DNA of 59,202 nucleotides from Ruditapes philippinarum (Eukaryota): NCBI RefSeq assembly GCF_026571515.1, contig NW_026865121.1, positions 1 to 59,202 of the forward strand, read 5' to 3'. Shown piece by piece: positions 55,901 to 59,202 of this stretch (position 1 is its first letter; each line of letters starts with the position of its first letter). The notes under the pieces were generated by a model. It saw only the letters and a program-made list of their open reading frames with translations, ran no database searches and was not told where the DNA came from. The position numbers and the translations under genes were made by a program.

Positions 55901-57432
55901 TTGTGGTGTTTCTCATATAAGAAGAAATTTGTAACATGACGGTGTTTCTCGTATATGATGACATTTGTTACATGGTGGTGCTTCTCATATAAGAAGAAAT
56001 TTGTAACATGACGGTGTTTCTCGTATATGATGACATTTGTAACATGGTGGTGTTTCTCGTATATGATGACATTTGTTACATGGTTGTGTTTCTCATATAA
56101 GAAAAAATTGTAACCTGACGGTGTTTCTCGTATATGATGACATTTGTAACATTTTGGTGTTTCTCATATAAGAAGAAATTTGTAACATGACGGTGTTTCT
56201 CGTATATATGATGACATTTGTAACATGGTGGTGTTTCTCATATAAGAAGACATTTGTAACATGACGGTGTTTCTCGTATATGATGACATTTGTAACATGG
56301 TGGTGTTTCTCATATAAGAAGATATTTGTAACATGACGGTGTTTCTCGTAATGATGACATTTGTAACATTGTGGTGTTCTCATATATGAAAACATTTGTA
56401 ACATGACGGTGTTTCTCGTATATGATGACATTTGTAACATTGTGGTGTTTTTCCATATATGAAAACATTTGTAACATGACGGTGTTTCTCGTATATGATG
56501 ACATTTGTAACATGGTGGTGTTTCTCATATAAAAAGACATTTGTAACATGACGGTGTTTCTCGTTTATGAAGACATTTGTAACATGGTGGTGTTCTCATA
56601 TAAAAAGACATTTGTAACATGACGGTGTTTCTCGTATATGATGACATTTGTAACATGGTGGTGTTTCTCATATAAGAAGAAATTTGTAACATGACGGTGT
56701 TTCTCATAGAAGAAGACATTTGTAACATGACGGTGTTTCTCGTATATGATGACATTTGTAACATGGTGGTGTTTCTCATATAAAAAGACATTTGTAACAT
56801 GACGGTGTTTCTCGTTTATGATGACATTTGTAACATGGTGGTGTTTCTCATATAAAAAGACATTTGTAACATGACGGTGTTTCTCGTATATGATGACATT
56901 TGTAACATGGTGGTGTTTCTCATATAAGAAGAAATTTGTAACAACATGACATTGTAACGGTGTTTCTCGTATATATGACATTTGTAACATGATGGTTGTT
57001 CTCATATGTAACATGACGGTGTTTCTCGTATATGATGACATTTGTAACGTGGTGGTGTTTCTCATATAAGAAGAAATTTGTAACATGGTGGTGTTTCTCC
57101 TATTAGAAGACATTTGTAACATGACGGTGTTTCTCATATAAGAAGACATTTGTTACATGGTGGTGTTTCTCATACAAGAAGACATTTGTAACATGACGGT
57201 GTTTCTCGTATAAGATGACATTTTTAACGTGGGGGTGTTTCTCGTTTATGATGACATTAATTTTGTTACATGACGGTGTTTCTCATATAAGAAGAAATTT
57301 GTAACATGACGGTGTTTCTCGTATAAGATGACATTTGTAACATTGTGGTGTTTCTCATATAAGAAGAAATTTGTCACATGACGGTGTTTCTCATATAAGA
57401 AGACATTTGTAACATGACGGTACGTGTTTCTC
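52230..57432. repeat. 36-bp satellite array (~5.2 kb, roughly 140-145 monomers)
   Basis: Tandem gacatttgtaacatgacggtgtttctcatataagaa with variant blocks and a short interruption at ~54781-54808. Confidence 0.97.
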
Positions 57433-58015
57433 CTTAAAGCAATGATATTGTTAAAAATTTTCGATAATTTTTTAATTTTGATTATATATCATTTATACAA
57501 GAGCATTTATGTTAAGTTTTTTTTTTGTGATTTTAACATTATCTTTTTTTAAGTGTGTAAAAATGGTCGATTTACAAAAGCTTGCATAACAGCACCGTAT
57601 TTCACAACAAGACTTCTTTTTCGTTTCGGAGAGATGCTTAGTGAAGAAACCAGCATTTAAGATGATAACGATAACAATGAAAATTTTATAATGAAAATAC
57701 ATAACGAGTTTCTTGCTTGTTGATTAGCTTTATAGTCAGTAAGTACAAAAAGTGTACGGTTGTAGCCTATAATATTCATAAAACATATTTATTATAACGG
57801 ACATCAGTTGATAGATCCCTAATCTGACCTCTTATTTGAATAACAATAGATTTAACCACAAACATGGACATGTGCTCTTTTGTTAACAATTGGTTGAGGT
57901 GAAATTGTATCCACTACTTTGATAACTGGAATAAGACAGGTCAGGGATCTATGCATATACCATATACCGGTTTAACGAATTACTTAAATAAAAGTTATGA
58001 GATTTACACACTTAC

Positions 58016-58082
58016 CGTTAAAAACAGACGATAATAAATATAATCCAATCACTGAATAAACGGTATTCCCTAAATGATGCAT
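58016..58082 (-). CDS. Leader exon, family A (MHHLGNTVYSVIGLYLLSSVFN-G|gtaagt)
   Basis: 67-nt CDS with phase-1 consensus donor; MHHLGNT shared with the 18152 copy 40 kb away. Confidence 0.8.
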
Positions 58083-58981
58083 GTCTAGGCCATTCTGTCT
58101 TTCACTGATCCATCAATCTTTCTAAGACTTCCGACAATTATAGAGGAAACTATCTGTCCCAGGCAATACTGATACTGGAGATAATAGTTACCGTGTTTAT
58201 AGCATTGCTTTGCATATCGAATAGTAAAATCGTTTCTATCGTTCTAAACAAACGTTGAGGTATTTGTAAAATTGTCACTAGTTTTGTCATCGAAGAAATG
58301 CTGGGCGACAATTAAGCTGTCATTGGAAAATGATCTGTTAAAAGGCAATTGATGTTAAGGGTGAAAAACGTTACTCACATTTTTCAAAGTCCCCACCCAG
58401 AAGTCATCTATCCTATCAAAATACAAGAACGGTTGCAAAGACTGTAATACTCATGTTTTGCCCCCCTGTTTGTTAACATCATCATACCAGCGTGTATAAA
58501 GAGAGGTTTGGTACACAAACCGTCCATCATTTTATTGTATACTTTATAAGGATAAAAATGCAGGAATTTTCAAACACACGAGCGTATGAAATAGTTACCA
58601 CTTTTGCGTTGGATGAAAATGTTGTCACATGTCCTCGCTCTAGTACCATTTTTTCCATCAACCTAGCTTCCTGGCCTACAGATATCACACAAATAGTCAA
58701 AATATTACTTCCGCTACGAGGGACTTAATTATATAAATGTAAAACGCCTTTATCTGAGTCGGCTGTGATACCATATAAATAGTTTTGTTATTATTGTGTT
58801 ACATTATAAAATATCTTTTGATATAAAATATCTACAAATTATAAGTGAACAATGTCTTCTGATAATTCCAATGCAAAATTAGTAATTTGGTAAATGATCC
58901 CATGTACTGATATTTAAAACATATTGCTATAAATGCAGCACCAGTACTATGTGCTCCTGGTAAAAACATCAACCTTGAATG

Positions 58982-59202
58982 AAACAAGAACGTGTTAAAC
59001 ACAAATGCCCCCATATTCCTGTCAGTTAAATCTTTTTTTCATAAAAGATTTACCCCTTCACTCATGGCAACCAGAATTCTGCATGGAATTAAATTCTTTG
59101 ACTTTTTTTAAAGGTAACCACCAAAGGAACATTCTTGTGAAGTTTGAATGAAATTGGTTTTGCGGCTCATGAGGAGATGACGTTTAAAGTAAAGTTACGG
59201 AC
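58982..59202 (+). mobile_element. Helentron-associated interspersed element (HINE-like), running off the window end
   Basis: aaacaaga...caaatgccccc 5' end, then a catggcaacc...gtgaagtttg...gaggagatg...taaagt subrepeat and the start of an acggac microsatellite; this is the architecture typical of bivalve HINE-like repeats. Confidence 0.7.

Noticed and set aside
52428-57149. Long ORFs (up to 432 aa) in the 36-bp array
   Set aside because: Satellite artefact with multiple open frames and frequent frameshifts.
44335-57432. CRISPR-like 36-bp periodicity
   Set aside because: Monomers are contiguous with no unique spacers; no cas genes; eukaryotic context.

Overview
AT-rich eukaryotic genomic DNA, by inference from a bivalve mollusc: it has tRNA-derived SINEs including a Meta-core type, Helentron-associated (HINE-like) elements and palindromic MITEs. 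There is no convincing long coding ORF; the long ORFs in the track are by-products of 24-, 33- and 36-bp tandem repeats. The main hidden feature is a minus-strand array of at least 9 tiny ATG-initiated exons spread over the whole 58 kb. Each encodes a hydrophobic, signal-peptide-like leader, and every intact copy ends in a phase-1 G|gt splice donor. Family A (67-nt CDS, ...GLY....(F/L)N-G) has five intact copies at 18152, 24956, 28969, 32608 and 58016 plus a pseudo-exon at 21685. Family B (49-nt CDS, MDK..WL.....PL-G) lies at 5332 and 10618, and there is a stop-containing singleton at 350. No shared body exons were recognised between them. This suggests a cluster of alternative promoters or first exons feeding a common gene body left of the window, expanding by tandem duplication and decaying by pseudogenisation. 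The window also holds a 4.0-kb tandem duplication (22580-30627), a nested 2x2 duplication (two ~7.9-kb units, each with two ~3.5-kb subunits; 37227-52976), a 1.9-kb 33-bp minisatellite and a ~5.2-kb 36-bp satellite.
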